A stretch of 64,000 nucleotides of DNA, taken from contig JAJYYA010000022.1 in the NCBI GenBank assembly GCA_021801345.1, positions 1,594-65,593 of the forward strand. Reading direction: 5' to 3'. Positions 16,827-26,173 of the stretch are shown piece after piece. Origin of the DNA: Nitrospirota bacterium (GTDB lineage Bacteria > Nitrospirota > Leptospirillia > Leptospirillales > Leptospirillaceae). Each line of letters begins with the position of its first letter. The first letter of the stretch is position 1. The notes under the pieces are model-generated. The model made no database searches, was not told where the DNA came from, and saw only the letters and a program-made list of their open reading frames with translations. The translations under genes were made by a program, and so were the position numbers.

Positions 16827-17276
16827 GTGCCGCCACGAAAAAAATCCTCCCCCCCCACCCCAGAACCCTCTTACGGAACCCGGGCCATCGAAGAAAATCG
16901 CCTTGAAGGCTGGCCGAACCCGGAGACGGAGCAGACCTATGGGATCCATCTCTCCTACCCGGAGTTTACCTGCCTCTGCCCCCGCTCGGGATATCCGGAC
17001 TTCGCGACCATTGCCATCGACTACGTTCCGGAGAAAACCATTGTGGAGCTCCGTTCCCTCAAACTCTACCTGAATGCCTTCCGCGACCGGCGGATCTCTC
17101 ACGAGGCGGTCGTCAACACGATCTACCGCGATCTTGTCGCGCTCCTCTCCCCCCGGGAGCTCGAGGTCACAGGCGACTTCAATGTCAGAGGCAATCTCAA
17201 GACGGTCATCGGCGTCTCGATGGAAAAAAACCGGAAGAAGGGGGGAGAAAGGAAGAAAGAAAAGAGAGACCGGTAG
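16827..17276 (+). CDS. queF: NADPH-dependent 7-cyano-7-deazaguanine reductase (type I QueF)
   Basis: GTG start with SD AAAGGA 7 nt upstream. The motif [20 protein letters not shown] contains the QueF catalytic Cys and the E(S/L)K(S/A)hK(L/Y)(Y/F/W)-type motif ELRSLKLYL. Confidence 0.9.
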   Translation: MPPRKKSSPPTPEPSYGTRAIEENRLEGWPNPETEQTYGIHLSYPEFTCLCPRSGYPDFATIAIDYVPEKTIVELRSLKLYLNAFRDRRISHEAVVNTIYRDLVALLSPRELEVTGDFNVRGNLKTVIGVSMEKNRKKGGERKKEKRDR

Positions 17277-17291
17277 CCTTGGGCTACCGGT
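17269..17291. terminator. perfect 10-bp hairpin spanning the stop codons of two convergent genes
   Basis: ACCGGTAGCC-ttg-GGCTACCGGT. The queF TAG (17274-17276) and the stop of the convergent gene (17284-17286) both lie in the stem. There is no U-tract on either side. Confidence 0.5.
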
Positions 17292-18504
17292 TGTCGAGAT
17301 ACTCTCCGAGAGACTCGGGGGGAGCGATCGCGACCGTTCCCTCCCGAAGAAGCTTTTCCCGGACGAAAGAGGCTTTGTCCGGGCCCACGTTCTTCAGGAG
17401 AAGGCATCCGGACCGGAGACTTTCGTCCACAAAGAGGATGTCCGTCGTATAGCGGGCATGGTCGAGAGCTTTGAGAAGGGGCACCGGATCGCGATCGGTG
17501 CCGAACCAGAGAGGCAAAACGGGAATCTTCCGGTAGTTTTCTGGCGAGATCTCCCGGGCGACCGCCTCGATCGCCTCGAGACGGAACCCTCCCCGTCCGA
17601 GATGGCGGGAGTAGGAGAACTCGGGAAGGACCGTCTCCCGGGCCTTCCGACAAAGAGTCTCTGAGGCGTCGTGCAAGAAGAGGTTGAGGCGCGACAGCCC
17701 CGACTCCTCAATCTTTGAAACGGGAAGGGAAAGCGCCCCCAAGGAGCGGACCCCGCCCACGTAGACGGAGAAGCTGATCGCCACCTCTCCGTCGACGATT
17801 CTCCCCCCCATCCGGACATCCTTCCTCTCCCCTTCTACGGAGTCGGACAATGTCTCCGCGTCGCGCTGCCACTCCCCCCCGCGCGTTCGATAGGCGAGGC
17901 GGTAGCCTGATCGCATCTCCTCCACGGAACCTGGCAGGGTCCGTTCAAAAACGGCCATCGACGCGAACTCTTCCGGCATGGAGGAGAGAACGGTTCCCAC
18001 GAGAGACTCACGATCCGAATCCTCGACAGTGGCCTTCAAAGCCCCAAGAAGGGGCGCGGCGAGCCCCCGTTTGCAGTCGGAGAGGCGCCCGTCGATTTCC
18101 CGGGGATTCTCTCCGGGGAGGACGATCAGAAGGCATCCCCAGAGGGTCCGGACCGCATAAAAGCCCAGCATGGTCACCTGGCGGATCCGACCGGTCTTGA
18201 TGACGAACTTGTCGGCCAAGACCCCCTCTTCTTTGGGGAGATCCTTCCAGAACTTTTCCAGGTGGAGCCTCTCCGCCGGAACCACCCCTTCCTCTGTAAA
18301 GAGACGAAAGTCCTCGAGAGTCCTGCCGAAGTCGAGGCCCGGCCAGAGCGTTCCCGTGACCGGAGGGAAAAGGACCAGCCCCCGTCGCTCATGGAACAGA
18401 AGAATGTGAGGACCCACGATTTGGGAGAGGGCGTCGAGATCTTTCTGGGGGGAGAGCACGGAAGGAAAAAGAGCCCCGGAGAAGGGGCGGGCATTAAAGA
18501 GCAC
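17284..18504 (-). CDS. hypothetical cytoplasmic protein; C-terminus weakly GGDEF-like (degenerate)
   Basis: 406-aa ORF with coding-like composition. SRHLGRGGFRLEAIEAV and ARYTTDILFVDESLRSGCLLLKNV loosely follow the GGDEF-domain layout but lack a GGDEF motif. The domain call is low confidence. Confidence 0.4.
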   Translation of the reverse strand: MLFNARPFSGALFPSVLSPQKDLDALSQIVGPHILLFHERRGLVLFPPVTGTLWPGLDFGRTLEDFRLFTEEGVVPAERLHLEKFWKDLPKEEGVLADKFVIKTGRIRQVTMLGFYAVRTLWGCLLIVLPGENPREIDGRLSDCKRGLAAPLLGALKATVEDSDRESLVGTVLSSMPEEFASMAVFERTLPGSVEEMRSGYRLAYRTRGGEWQRDAETLSDSVEGERKDVRMGGRIVDGEVAISFSVYVGGVRSLGALSLPVSKIEESGLSRLNLFLHDASETLCRKARETVLPEFSYSRHLGRGGFRLEAIEAVAREISPENYRKIPVLPLWFGTDRDPVPLLKALDHARYTTDILFVDESLRSGCLLLKNVGPDKASFVREKLLREGTVAIAPPESLGEYLDNR

Positions 18505-18694
18505 GGAAAAAGATCCTCAGAAAGCGGCGAGAGTCAGCATGCGAGGCCCCACATAAAAAAGGGAACGATCGTGAGACGCCCCCTGCCGGATATCGGCAAA
18601 AAGTCCTGTCTGCAAGAGAGAGGATCCTCCGGGGGATCCCTCGCGGGACGCCCCCTCAAGAACAGACCATGAGGGCTGACACCTAAAGAATAGT

Positions 18695-19582
18695 TTATTT
18701 TTTTTTCCTTTTCAAGGCAACCGGGGTCCCCCCTGCAGGGTAAAGGTGGCAGCGGAGGTAGTCGATGCGCTCCCAGAAGAGGCCGTCGGGCCCTTCCGTC
18801 GCCACAGAGAGGGGAAAGGCAGTCTCCCGGTCGAGGAGCAGCCACATTCTTCCAAAGACCGGCCGCGCCTCGAGCTGGTCGGGAGCGATCCCCAGGATCC
18901 CGACCGGACGTCCGGCAAAACGGCCCGATCCAAGATAAAGACAGGAGTGGGTCAGGCAGGACGGGCGAAGGATCCGTCGGTCGTAGCTCAAAAAGTCGGC
19001 ATGGTCGATGGTGTGGCCGAATCGCGAGGTGATGAGGGAGCTTTTCGGGGAAAGCGAAAGAGAAAGGGGAAGAAAGCCGAACGGACGCACCACCGCGACC
19101 CCCTCGACGGAGCGGTATCGGACAGTTGCCCCCTTTCGGGGAAAACGCATTCTGACCGCAACCGAAAGAGGGGAAAAGCGGATCTCGAGGTCGAAGGACT
19201 CGTCGGGGCGCGGTCCCGAACTCCTCTCTCCCCGGATCCTCTTCAAGGAGTAGTAGGTTTGGGAGAGACAGGCATACCCCGAAAGATGGCGGAGGGTCAT
19301 GAGAAGTCTGTCCGCCTGGGCCTGGGCTTTCGGATAGTCGTACCCGCGGCTTCCGGGATCGACCTTAAGATCGGGATAGACCTCCGGGAGCCGGGCGGCA
19401 AAAACCTTGGGAACCAAGTCCCCTTGCCCGAACAGGACAAGGCTCAGTGCAAGGAGCCCTCCGGCAAAGAGCACGCACCGGACGAACCTTCGTCGCCCCC
19501 AAGAGGCCGAGGAGTCCAATACGAAAAAGGACCACATCCCCACAGGACCCTTGCCCACTCCCTCTTTGGGGATCGTCATCAC
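18695..19582 (-). CDS. hypothetical membrane-anchored/exported protein
   Basis: 295-aa ORF with an N-terminal hydrophobic anchor CVLFAGGLLALSLVLFG. No family recognised. Confidence 0.5.
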   Translation of the reverse strand: MMTIPKEGVGKGPVGMWSFFVLDSSASWGRRRFVRCVLFAGGLLALSLVLFGQGDLVPKVFAARLPEVYPDLKVDPGSRGYDYPKAQAQADRLLMTLRHLSGYACLSQTYYSLKRIRGERSSGPRPDESFDLEIRFSPLSVAVRMRFPRKGATVRYRSVEGVAVVRPFGFLPLSLSLSPKSSLITSRFGHTIDHADFLSYDRRILRPSCLTHSCLYLGSGRFAGRPVGILGIAPDQLEARPVFGRMWLLLDRETAFPLSVATEGPDGLFWERIDYLRCHLYPAGGTPVALKRKKK

Positions 19583-19941
19583 GAAGCCCGGTGCGCGATC
19601 TCGTAGAGAACGAACCCCAGTCCCAGAAGACCCATCACTCCGTGAAGAAGCGTCACAGAACGGATCATCCCCCTTCCCCCGAATCCGCGGACAAGAAGGA
19701 GAAGGCCCGCCACCGCCGCCCCGACGAGAAGGAGGAGGCCGATGTCGAGCCAGTGGCCCCCTCCCCGGATAAAGAAGCGGGCGACCAGCATGAGAAGCCC
19801 TGCCATCGCCAATGTCGGATGAAGAAACCCCAGCGCCCTCGGAAACTCCTTCCGGGCCATTTCGAATCCTGCCAGGAGAAGTCCCAGTAAAGCTCCGACC
19901 CCGACAAGAATTGCCCCGACCGTCATCAATCCCTTATCCAT
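19579..19941 (-). CDS. small integral membrane protein (about 4 TM helices)
   Basis: 120 aa, almost entirely hydrophobic helices. It has a 4-nt overlap with the downstream gene. Confidence 0.55.
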   Translation of the reverse strand: MDKGLMTVGAILVGVGALLGLLLAGFEMARKEFPRALGFLHPTLAMAGLLMLVARFFIRGGGHWLDIGLLLLVGAAVAGLLLLVRGFGGRGMIRSVTLLHGVMGLLGLGFVLYEIAHRAS

Positions 19942-20002
19942 CCTTGACTCCTTGAAAAGAGGGTCCCCTCACCGGGGGGAGCCGCCCGGGCACTGTAAAG
20001 GC

Positions 20003-21193
20003 CTAGTCGACCTTCAGGTCATGGGCCAGGAGAACGGCATCGGCGATCTCCCTCATCGATTTGCGCATGTTCATGCTCTTCTTCTGGAGGAGACGGTAGG
20101 CCTCCTCCTCCGCGATTCGATGTTTTTTCATGAGGATCCCCTTGGCGCGGTCGATCCTCTTGCGGCTCTCCAGCGCCTCCTCCATGGCCACGGTCCGCTC
20201 GAAGAGGGCGGTGTTTTCCCAGGCGATGGCCGCCTGGTTGGCGACCGACTGGAGGACCTTGACCTCATCCTTCGTAAAGTGGTGCAGATGGCTTGTATAG
20301 ACATTGACCACCCCGATGGCACGGTCCTTGATCATCATGGGAACGGAGAGCATGGAGACGAGATTCTCCTTCTTGGCCAGATCCCGGGAGGTGTAGCGCG
20401 GATCCTTCAAAACATTCTCGACCGCAATGGCCCGACGCTCCCCGAAGACGACCCCCGCGATGCTTTCCCCCACCTTCAGGGGGGCCCTCTTGCGGTAGTC
20501 GTCGGAGAGGGTCTGGGTCGCCCGGACGACGAGCCCCCGCTCCGGATCGTAGATCATGATCGAGCAAAGGGTCGAGTTCGTCATCTCGGCGGTGACGGTC
20601 ACGATGAGGTGGAGGATCTCCTCGAGATAGCGGCTCGAGGTGATCGATTGACTGACCTGGGAGAGAGCCTCGATTTGCCGGGCCTTCTTCTGAGCCTCCT
20701 CGAAGAGCTGGATGTGCCGGATCATGAACCCCATCTCCTGGGAGAGAAGGGTCAGAAGCTCGATATCGCTGTCTTTGGGGGAAAACTTCTCCCGAAAATG
20801 GAGGTTGATCACCCCGACGAGGCTGTCCCTGGCCCGGAGAGGAAGGGAGAGGAAGGCCTCGTATCGATCTTCGGGAAGCATCTGGAAGATCTTGGCCCGG
20901 GGATCGTCGTACGCGCGGGATGAGACGATGACCGGGCTCTCCTCCGCGGCGACCCACCCGGTCAGTCCTTCGCCCAGGCGGATCGAGAACTTGCCGACGA
21001 GATCGGGAAGGTAGCGGGAGGTCGCCTGAAGAATCAGGACCGGGGCATCCTCCTCCCGGAGATAGACGAAGACGCCGTCGGCAGGAAGGATCTCAAGGAG
21101 AAGGCGGACAGCGTTGTCGAGAAGAACGGAGAGGCTGTCGACCGAGATGGTGATGCGGAGAAGGCCCTTGAGAAGCTTGAGCTCCCGGGCCAT
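20003..21193 (-). CDS. GAF-GAF-ANTAR RNA-binding regulator
   Basis: ATG at 21193; the product is 396 aa. Two GAF-like modules are present (GEGLTGWVAAE..; VGESIAGVVFGE..). The C-terminal ANTAR motif is RKRIDRAKGILMKKHRIAEEEAYRLLQKKSMNMRKSMREIADAVL. Confidence 0.8.
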   Translation of the reverse strand: MARELKLLKGLLRITISVDSLSVLLDNAVRLLLEILPADGVFVYLREEDAPVLILQATSRYLPDLVGKFSIRLGEGLTGWVAAEESPVIVSSRAYDDPRAKIFQMLPEDRYEAFLSLPLRARDSLVGVINLHFREKFSPKDSDIELLTLLSQEMGFMIRHIQLFEEAQKKARQIEALSQVSQSITSSRYLEEILHLIVTVTAEMTNSTLCSIMIYDPERGLVVRATQTLSDDYRKRAPLKVGESIAGVVFGERRAIAVENVLKDPRYTSRDLAKKENLVSMLSVPMMIKDRAIGVVNVYTSHLHHFTKDEVKVLQSVANQAAIAWENTALFERTVAMEEALESRKRIDRAKGILMKKHRIAEEEAYRLLQKKSMNMRKSMREIADAVLLAHDLKVD

Positions 21194-21228
21194 CTCGGCG
21201 GATGTGGGGGAAGGCTGTCCGATCGGCG

Positions 21229-22317
21229 TCACGAGAAGACCCCCCGGGAAAGAATGTCGGGATCGTAGTCGCGGACGATCCGGACGCGTCCGGGCTCCTC
21301 CGGAAGGACCAGGGCGACGACCCCCCGGCGGGCCTTCTTGTCGCGCAGGAGGTAGGGGACGATCCGGTCGAAGGTGATCTCTCCCGGCCATGAGACGGGG
21401 AGTCCCGCCCGCGCCACAAGGCGCCGGATCCCCTCGAATGTGTCGGGAGCCGCAATGCCCAGAGACTCGGAGATCCTTGCCGCCGAGAGCATGCCGAGCG
21501 CCACCGCCTCCCCGTGGAGCATCCCCGAAAAACCCAGAGCCCCCTCGAGGGCATGTCCAAAGGTATGGCCGAAGTTCAGGAGCATACGTTCCCCCGATTC
21601 CTTTTCGTCGCGCGAGACAATGCCGGCCTTGTCGGCGCTCGAAAGACCGATGACCTCCTCCCAGAGTTCGGAGGAGAAGGCGTCGGCGACAAGCTCCTCG
21701 ATCCGCTCCGACAGGAGATTGAGAAGGGCCCCGTCTCCGATCAGGGCGTACTTGAGGATCTCCCCGACCCCGGCCCTCCGCTGGCTGAGGGGAAGGGTCC
21801 GGAGAATCTCCGGGTCGGAGAGAACGGCCCGGGGCGGATTGAAAACCCCGATCAGGTTCTTTCCCCGAGGGTGGTCCACCCCCGTCTTGCCGCCAATCGC
21901 CGAGTCCACCTGGGCCACCACAGAGGTCGGAAGATGGACGAGCGGCACACCCCGGAGGAGCAGAGCGGCGGCAAGCCCGCCCATGTCGCCCGTCACCCCG
22001 CCCCCCACGACAAGAAGGGGATCCCGCCGCTCCCATCGCGCCTCGATGAAGCGGTCGAGCAGGGCCAGAACGCTGTCCATGGTCTTGAATGGCTCGCCGT
22101 CCGGGTGAAGGGCCACGAGACTCTCGATGCCCGATCGGGAAAGGGTCCGGAGGATCTCCTCCCCGTGGAAACCCCAGACGACCGGATTCGAAACGATCCC
22201 GACGCGGGAAAGTCCCGGAAAAATCTCAAAAAGCCTCTCTCCCAGAGTCGACGTCAGGCCCGGAGCGATGACGATACGATAGTCGCCTCCGAAGGAGGAG
22301 ACGGCGAGCTCCCTCAT
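21229..22317 (-). CDS. aroB: 3-dehydroquinate synthase
   Basis: 362 aa with motifs GGGVTGDMGG, VDSAIGGKTGV and NFGHTFGHALE. ATGA overlap with the aroK stop. Confidence 0.9.
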   Translation of the reverse strand: MRELAVSSFGGDYRIVIAPGLTSTLGERLFEIFPGLSRVGIVSNPVVWGFHGEEILRTLSRSGIESLVALHPDGEPFKTMDSVLALLDRFIEARWERRDPLLVVGGGVTGDMGGLAAALLLRGVPLVHLPTSVVAQVDSAIGGKTGVDHPRGKNLIGVFNPPRAVLSDPEILRTLPLSQRRAGVGEILKYALIGDGALLNLLSERIEELVADAFSSELWEEVIGLSSADKAGIVSRDEKESGERMLLNFGHTFGHALEGALGFSGMLHGEAVALGMLSAARISESLGIAAPDTFEGIRRLVARAGLPVSWPGEITFDRIVPYLLRDKKARRGVVALVLPEEPGRVRIVRDYDPDILSRGVFS

Positions 22318-22865
22318 GCGACCACCCCGATCGGGGGAGAGACCCGTCTGAGAACGGAAAGGATCTCCTCGACCGTGAGCGCAATGGAAAGAGCTCCGGA
22401 GGGGAGCGTATGGTCGGCGACCTCCCGGTAGAGGGGGTCCCTCTCGGCGCTGACCTGTCGGATCTCGTCGGCAAGGGGGATCCCTTCGCGAAGGCGCGGA
22501 CGGCGGTCCGAGCTCGCGGAAAGACGGGCCACCAGCTGCTCCTCGGGCACATGGAGATAGAGCACAAATCCCAAGCGCCGAAGAGAGGCTCGATTCTCGG
22601 CGGAAAGAACGATCCCCCCTCCGGTGGAGACGACCCCCGGGGGAAGACGGGAGAGGCAGTCGAGGGCCCGGGACTCGAACCTCCGGAAGGCCGTCTCCCC
22701 CTCCCGCTCCCAGAGCCGGGCGAGAGGCTCGCCGGCGCTCTCTTCCACCATGCGGTCGGTGTCGTAGACCGGAACGTCGAGGACCCGAGCCAGCGCATGG
22801 CCCAGGGTGGTCTTTCCCGAACCCCGGGGACCCACCAGAAGGAGGAAGCGCGAGAGACGGTTCAC
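22314..22865 (-). CDS. aroK: shikimate kinase
   Basis: The GTG at 22865 forms a GTGA overlap with the aroC stop. P-loop GPRGSGKTT is present, plus STGGG and a DRRPRL lid. Confidence 0.85.
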   Translation of the reverse strand: MNRLSRFLLLVGPRGSGKTTLGHALARVLDVPVYDTDRMVEESAGEPLARLWEREGETAFRRFESRALDCLSRLPPGVVSTGGGIVLSAENRASLRRLGFVLYLHVPEEQLVARLSASSDRRPRLREGIPLADEIRQVSAERDPLYREVADHTLPSGALSIALTVEEILSVLRRVSPPIGVVA

Positions 22866-24067
22866 CGGATCCCCCCCGGGCGGACGCGCTCCCGGAAAAG
22901 ACGCTCCGTCTCGCCAAAATGGGCGAGGACCTCCTCCACCGAATCCCCCCCCACCTTTTCGGAAAAGGCCTGGGCCAGGATGAGACAGACCATCGCCTCC
23001 CCCACCACCGAGGCGGCGGGAACGGCGCAGATGTCGGAGCGCTCCACCGTGGCGGGAAGCGTCTCCCCTGTCCGGATGTCGACGGAGGGAAGGGGGGTAT
23101 AGAGGGTCGCGATCGGCTTCATCGCCGCCCGAACGACCAGAGGAAGTCCGTTCGTCACCCCCCCTTCGAGTCCCCCCGAGCCGTTGGAGGGCCGGCGAGG
23201 CCCTCCCGCGCCCCCCGGGAGGAAGGGATCGTGCACTTTGGAGCCGGGAAGTGCCGCGGCCGCAAAGCCCAGGCCGAACTCCACCCCCTTGATCGCCTGG
23301 ATGGAGCAAAGGGCCTGGGCGAGCCTGCCGTCGAGACGCTGGTCCCACTGCACATAGCTTCCGAGGCCCACCGGAAGACCCAGTGCCCGTACCTCGAAGA
23401 CCCCGCCCAGCGAGTCGCCGGCCTTCTTGGCGTTCCGGATCTCCTCGACCATGCGGGCGCTGGTCTCGGGATCGGGGCAAAAGACCTCGGAGGCGAGGGT
23501 CCGGCTTTGGAGGGTCTCGGTGTCCTCCCAAAGCTCCTCGGAGGGGCCGTCCCAGGAGACGGAACCGATCGCGCGAACCACCGAGGCGATCCTCACTTTA
23601 AAAAGGGCGAGATAGGTCCGGGCGATGGCGCCCAAGGCCACCCGGGTGGCCGTCTCCCGGGCGCTGGCGCGCTCGAGGACGTTTCTGAGGTCGCGGTGGC
23701 CGAACTTGATCCCCCCCACGAAGTCGGCATGTCCGGGTCGGGGAACGAAGACCGCCCGCTCGGGCTCTCCCGACTGAGGCTCCTCTCCGGGCTCCGCCCC
23801 CATGATTTTCTCCCAGTTGCGGAAGTCGCGGTTCTCGATCCAGACGGTGACCGGCCCGCCCAGCGTCCGTCCCTTCCGGACGCCGGAGACGAAGCGGACA
23901 GCATCGGTCTCGAGGGCCATTCGACCTCCGCGGCCGTACCCCATCCGTCGCCTTGCCATGTCACGGGAGAGGCTCTCGGCCGAGAGGTCCAGTCCCGCAG
24001 GAAGGCCCTCGATCACACCCGTCAGCCCCGGCCCGTGGGACTCGCCTGCCGTCAGAAACCGGATCAT
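22862..24067 (-). CDS. aroC: chorismate synthase
   Basis: The ATG at 24067 has SD GGAGGG upstream. MIRFLTAGESHGPGLTGVIEGLPAG is the canonical AroC N-terminus. Confidence 0.92.
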   Translation of the reverse strand: MIRFLTAGESHGPGLTGVIEGLPAGLDLSAESLSRDMARRRMGYGRGGRMALETDAVRFVSGVRKGRTLGGPVTVWIENRDFRNWEKIMGAEPGEEPQSGEPERAVFVPRPGHADFVGGIKFGHRDLRNVLERASARETATRVALGAIARTYLALFKVRIASVVRAIGSVSWDGPSEELWEDTETLQSRTLASEVFCPDPETSARMVEEIRNAKKAGDSLGGVFEVRALGLPVGLGSYVQWDQRLDGRLAQALCSIQAIKGVEFGLGFAAAALPGSKVHDPFLPGGAGGPRRPSNGSGGLEGGVTNGLPLVVRAAMKPIATLYTPLPSVDIRTGETLPATVERSDICAVPAASVVGEAMVCLILAQAFSEKVGGDSVEEVLAHFGETERLFRERVRPGGIR

Positions 24068-24083
24068 CGTCCCTCCGTCCACA

Positions 24084-24644
24084 TCAAGGCATCATAGGCA
24101 TCATCGGCATGCCTCCCCCGGCTCCGCCCTGTCCTGCCTTGGCGGTATTGGCCCCACGCTTGACCTTCTTCTTGTGGGGGACCAGATGAAGCGTCACCCC
24201 GAGGAGAGACTGGAAGTCGGAGCCTAGGTAGGCGACCTCTTCGAGATAGATCCCCTGCCCCGGACGATAGGCGACGGACCGGATCCGGGCGTGAGTCAGA
24301 AAGGTCTCGACGCGCTTTTTCACCGCCGGCTTTTTGTCGAGGATCTCTCCCACGGTCGTCTTCCCCACCAGGGGAAGGGCCCGGACGGCGGCAATATAGA
24401 GCGACTGGACCCGGGCGCGCGCCGCAAGATAGGCCGCAAGACGGGCCGAGGCGTCGTAGTCCTTGCCCGGGGGAAGGGGAACGACCGTCGAGCGCACCAG
24501 AGTGCTCCCGGACCAGGGAAGCTGGTAGGCGTAAACCTTGGGCGCCTTTTTCTTCTCCGATGCACAGGAAGAGAGAAAGAGTGCCGGAAGAAGAAGGAGC
24601 GCGATCGCTCCGACGATCCGTCCCGATTTGCTCGTATCCGTCAC
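24084..24644 (-). CDS. lipoprotein of unknown function with a Gly/Met/Pro C-terminal tail
   Basis: The GTG at 24644 has SD AAGGA upstream. Lipobox FLSSC is present. The tail is GQGGAGGGMPMMPMMP. Confidence 0.55.
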   Translation of the reverse strand: MTDTSKSGRIVGAIALLLLPALFLSSCASEKKKAPKVYAYQLPWSGSTLVRSTVVPLPPGKDYDASARLAAYLAARARVQSLYIAAVRALPLVGKTTVGEILDKKPAVKKRVETFLTHARIRSVAYRPGQGIYLEEVAYLGSDFQSLLGVTLHLVPHKKKVKRGANTAKAGQGGAGGGMPMMPMMP

Positions 24645-24646
24645 AG

Positions 24647-25606
24647 TTATCGTCCTTTGCCGGGACCGCAGGGATCCCCTTCCCCCTCCTCCGGAGACAC
24701 TCTCCCGGGGAGGGGGGGCTGTGTTTTTTTGTAGCGGGACTCTTCCTTTTCGATGTCCCGGTGGGCCACGCGAAGAGTATAGCCCTCGCTTGCCACGATC
24801 TCTCCCAGATGCGTCGCTATCGCCACAGAGCGGTGGCGGCCGCCGGTACAGCCGATGGCGATCGTCAGCGTCGAACGACGCTCGGCGGCATAGCGAGGCA
24901 AAAGCCTTTTCAGAAAGCCCGCGAACTCCGCAAGCGCCTCCTCCGCACCCCGGGAAAGAAGAAAGGTCCATATTCGGGGATCGAGCCCCGTCAGGGGAGC
25001 AAGCGCCTCCTCGTAGTTCGGGTTCGGCAAGAAACGGACGTCGAAGACGAGGTCCGCATCCATGGGAAGGCCGAACTTGAAGCCGAAGGAGAGAAGATAG
25101 ACCCTGAGTCCCTCCTCGGGCTCATGGCTTGCGTAAGCCTTCCCCAGGACGATTCGAAGCTCGGCCGTCGACAGGCGGCTCGTGTCGACTACCCGGTCGG
25201 CCGTCTTTTTGAGGGTCGAAAGACGTGCGCGCTCCTCCCGAATCGCCTCGGTCAGGGGAAGTCCCGCCGACAGCGAGAGCGGGTGAGGGCGCCGTGTCTC
25301 GGAAAAACGGCGCATAAGAATATCGTCGGCCGCATCGAGAAAGAGAATCTCGACGGAGTGCCCCTCCGCCTTGAGACGGGCGAACCCCTCCCGAAACTCC
25401 CTGAGAAAGCCGCGCTCCCGAATATCGACACCGATCGCAAGTCTCGAAAGCTCCCCCTCCCGGTCCCGGGAAAGGGCGGCAAAGGCAGGGACGAGGGGGA
25501 TCGGCAGGTTGTCGACGCAGAAATACCCCAGGTCCTCCAGAACGCGGAGGGACTGGCTTTTTCCGGCCCCCGAGAGCCCCGTCACAAAAAGAAACGAGAA
25601 TCCCAC
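24647..25606 (-). CDS. rapZ: RNase adapter protein RapZ (YhbJ)
   Basis: GTG start at 25606. P-loop VTGLSGAGKS is present, along with FCVDNLP and C-terminal IGCTGGRHRSV. Confidence 0.88.
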   Translation of the reverse strand: MGFSFLFVTGLSGAGKSQSLRVLEDLGYFCVDNLPIPLVPAFAALSRDREGELSRLAIGVDIRERGFLREFREGFARLKAEGHSVEILFLDAADDILMRRFSETRRPHPLSLSAGLPLTEAIREERARLSTLKKTADRVVDTSRLSTAELRIVLGKAYASHEPEEGLRVYLLSFGFKFGLPMDADLVFDVRFLPNPNYEEALAPLTGLDPRIWTFLLSRGAEEALAEFAGFLKRLLPRYAAERRSTLTIAIGCTGGRHRSVAIATHLGEIVASEGYTLRVAHRDIEKEESRYKKTQPPLPGRVSPEEGEGDPCGPGKGR

Positions 25607-25637
25607 CGATCGCCCCTCTCCCCTTTGACCTTCAGCC

Positions 25638-26162
25638 TTATACCGGCTCGATCTGGCCCAGAGAGCCGTCCCGGCGCCGGTAGAGGAGGCGCATCGAAGA
25701 GCTTTCCGGTTCGAGATACAGAAAGAAGTCCTTGTCGAGGAGCTCCATCTGGACGATGGCATCCTCGAGCGACATGCTCTTCACCGGGAACTTCTTCGTC
25801 TTGACGAGCGACGGCAGGGCGAAGGGACGGCTTGACTCGAGGTGGGGAAGGACATCCTCGGCGCGCTGGCTGGTGCGGTTCGAGATAAACTTCTCCTTGA
25901 AGCGGTGAATCTGGCGCTCGAGCTTGTCGACCACCAGATCGAGGGATCCATAGAGATCCGAGGTCACCGATTCGGCATGGATCATCTTGCCGTGGGTATG
26001 CAGGGTGATCTCGATCTTCTGGCGGTACTTTTCGACCGCCAGCACGACCTCGGCCGTGGCCGACTCGCTCACAAGCCGGGAGACCCTCTGAAGCTTTTCG
26101 TTGACCTGCGTGCGAATGGCATCGGTCAAATCGATGTGGCGACCCGTCAGGACAATTTCCAT
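25638..26162 (-). CDS. hpf: ribosome hibernation promoting factor (long form)
   Basis: 174 aa. MEIVLTGRHIDLTDAIRTQVNEKL is typical of HPF/YfiA. A C-terminal dimerisation extension is present. Confidence 0.88.
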   Translation of the reverse strand: MEIVLTGRHIDLTDAIRTQVNEKLQRVSRLVSESATAEVVLAVEKYRQKIEITLHTHGKMIHAESVTSDLYGSLDLVVDKLERQIHRFKEKFISNRTSQRAEDVLPHLESSRPFALPSLVKTKKFPVKSMSLEDAIVQMELLDKDFFLYLEPESSSMRLLYRRRDGSLGQIEPV

Positions 26163-26173
26163 GATTCCTCCGT

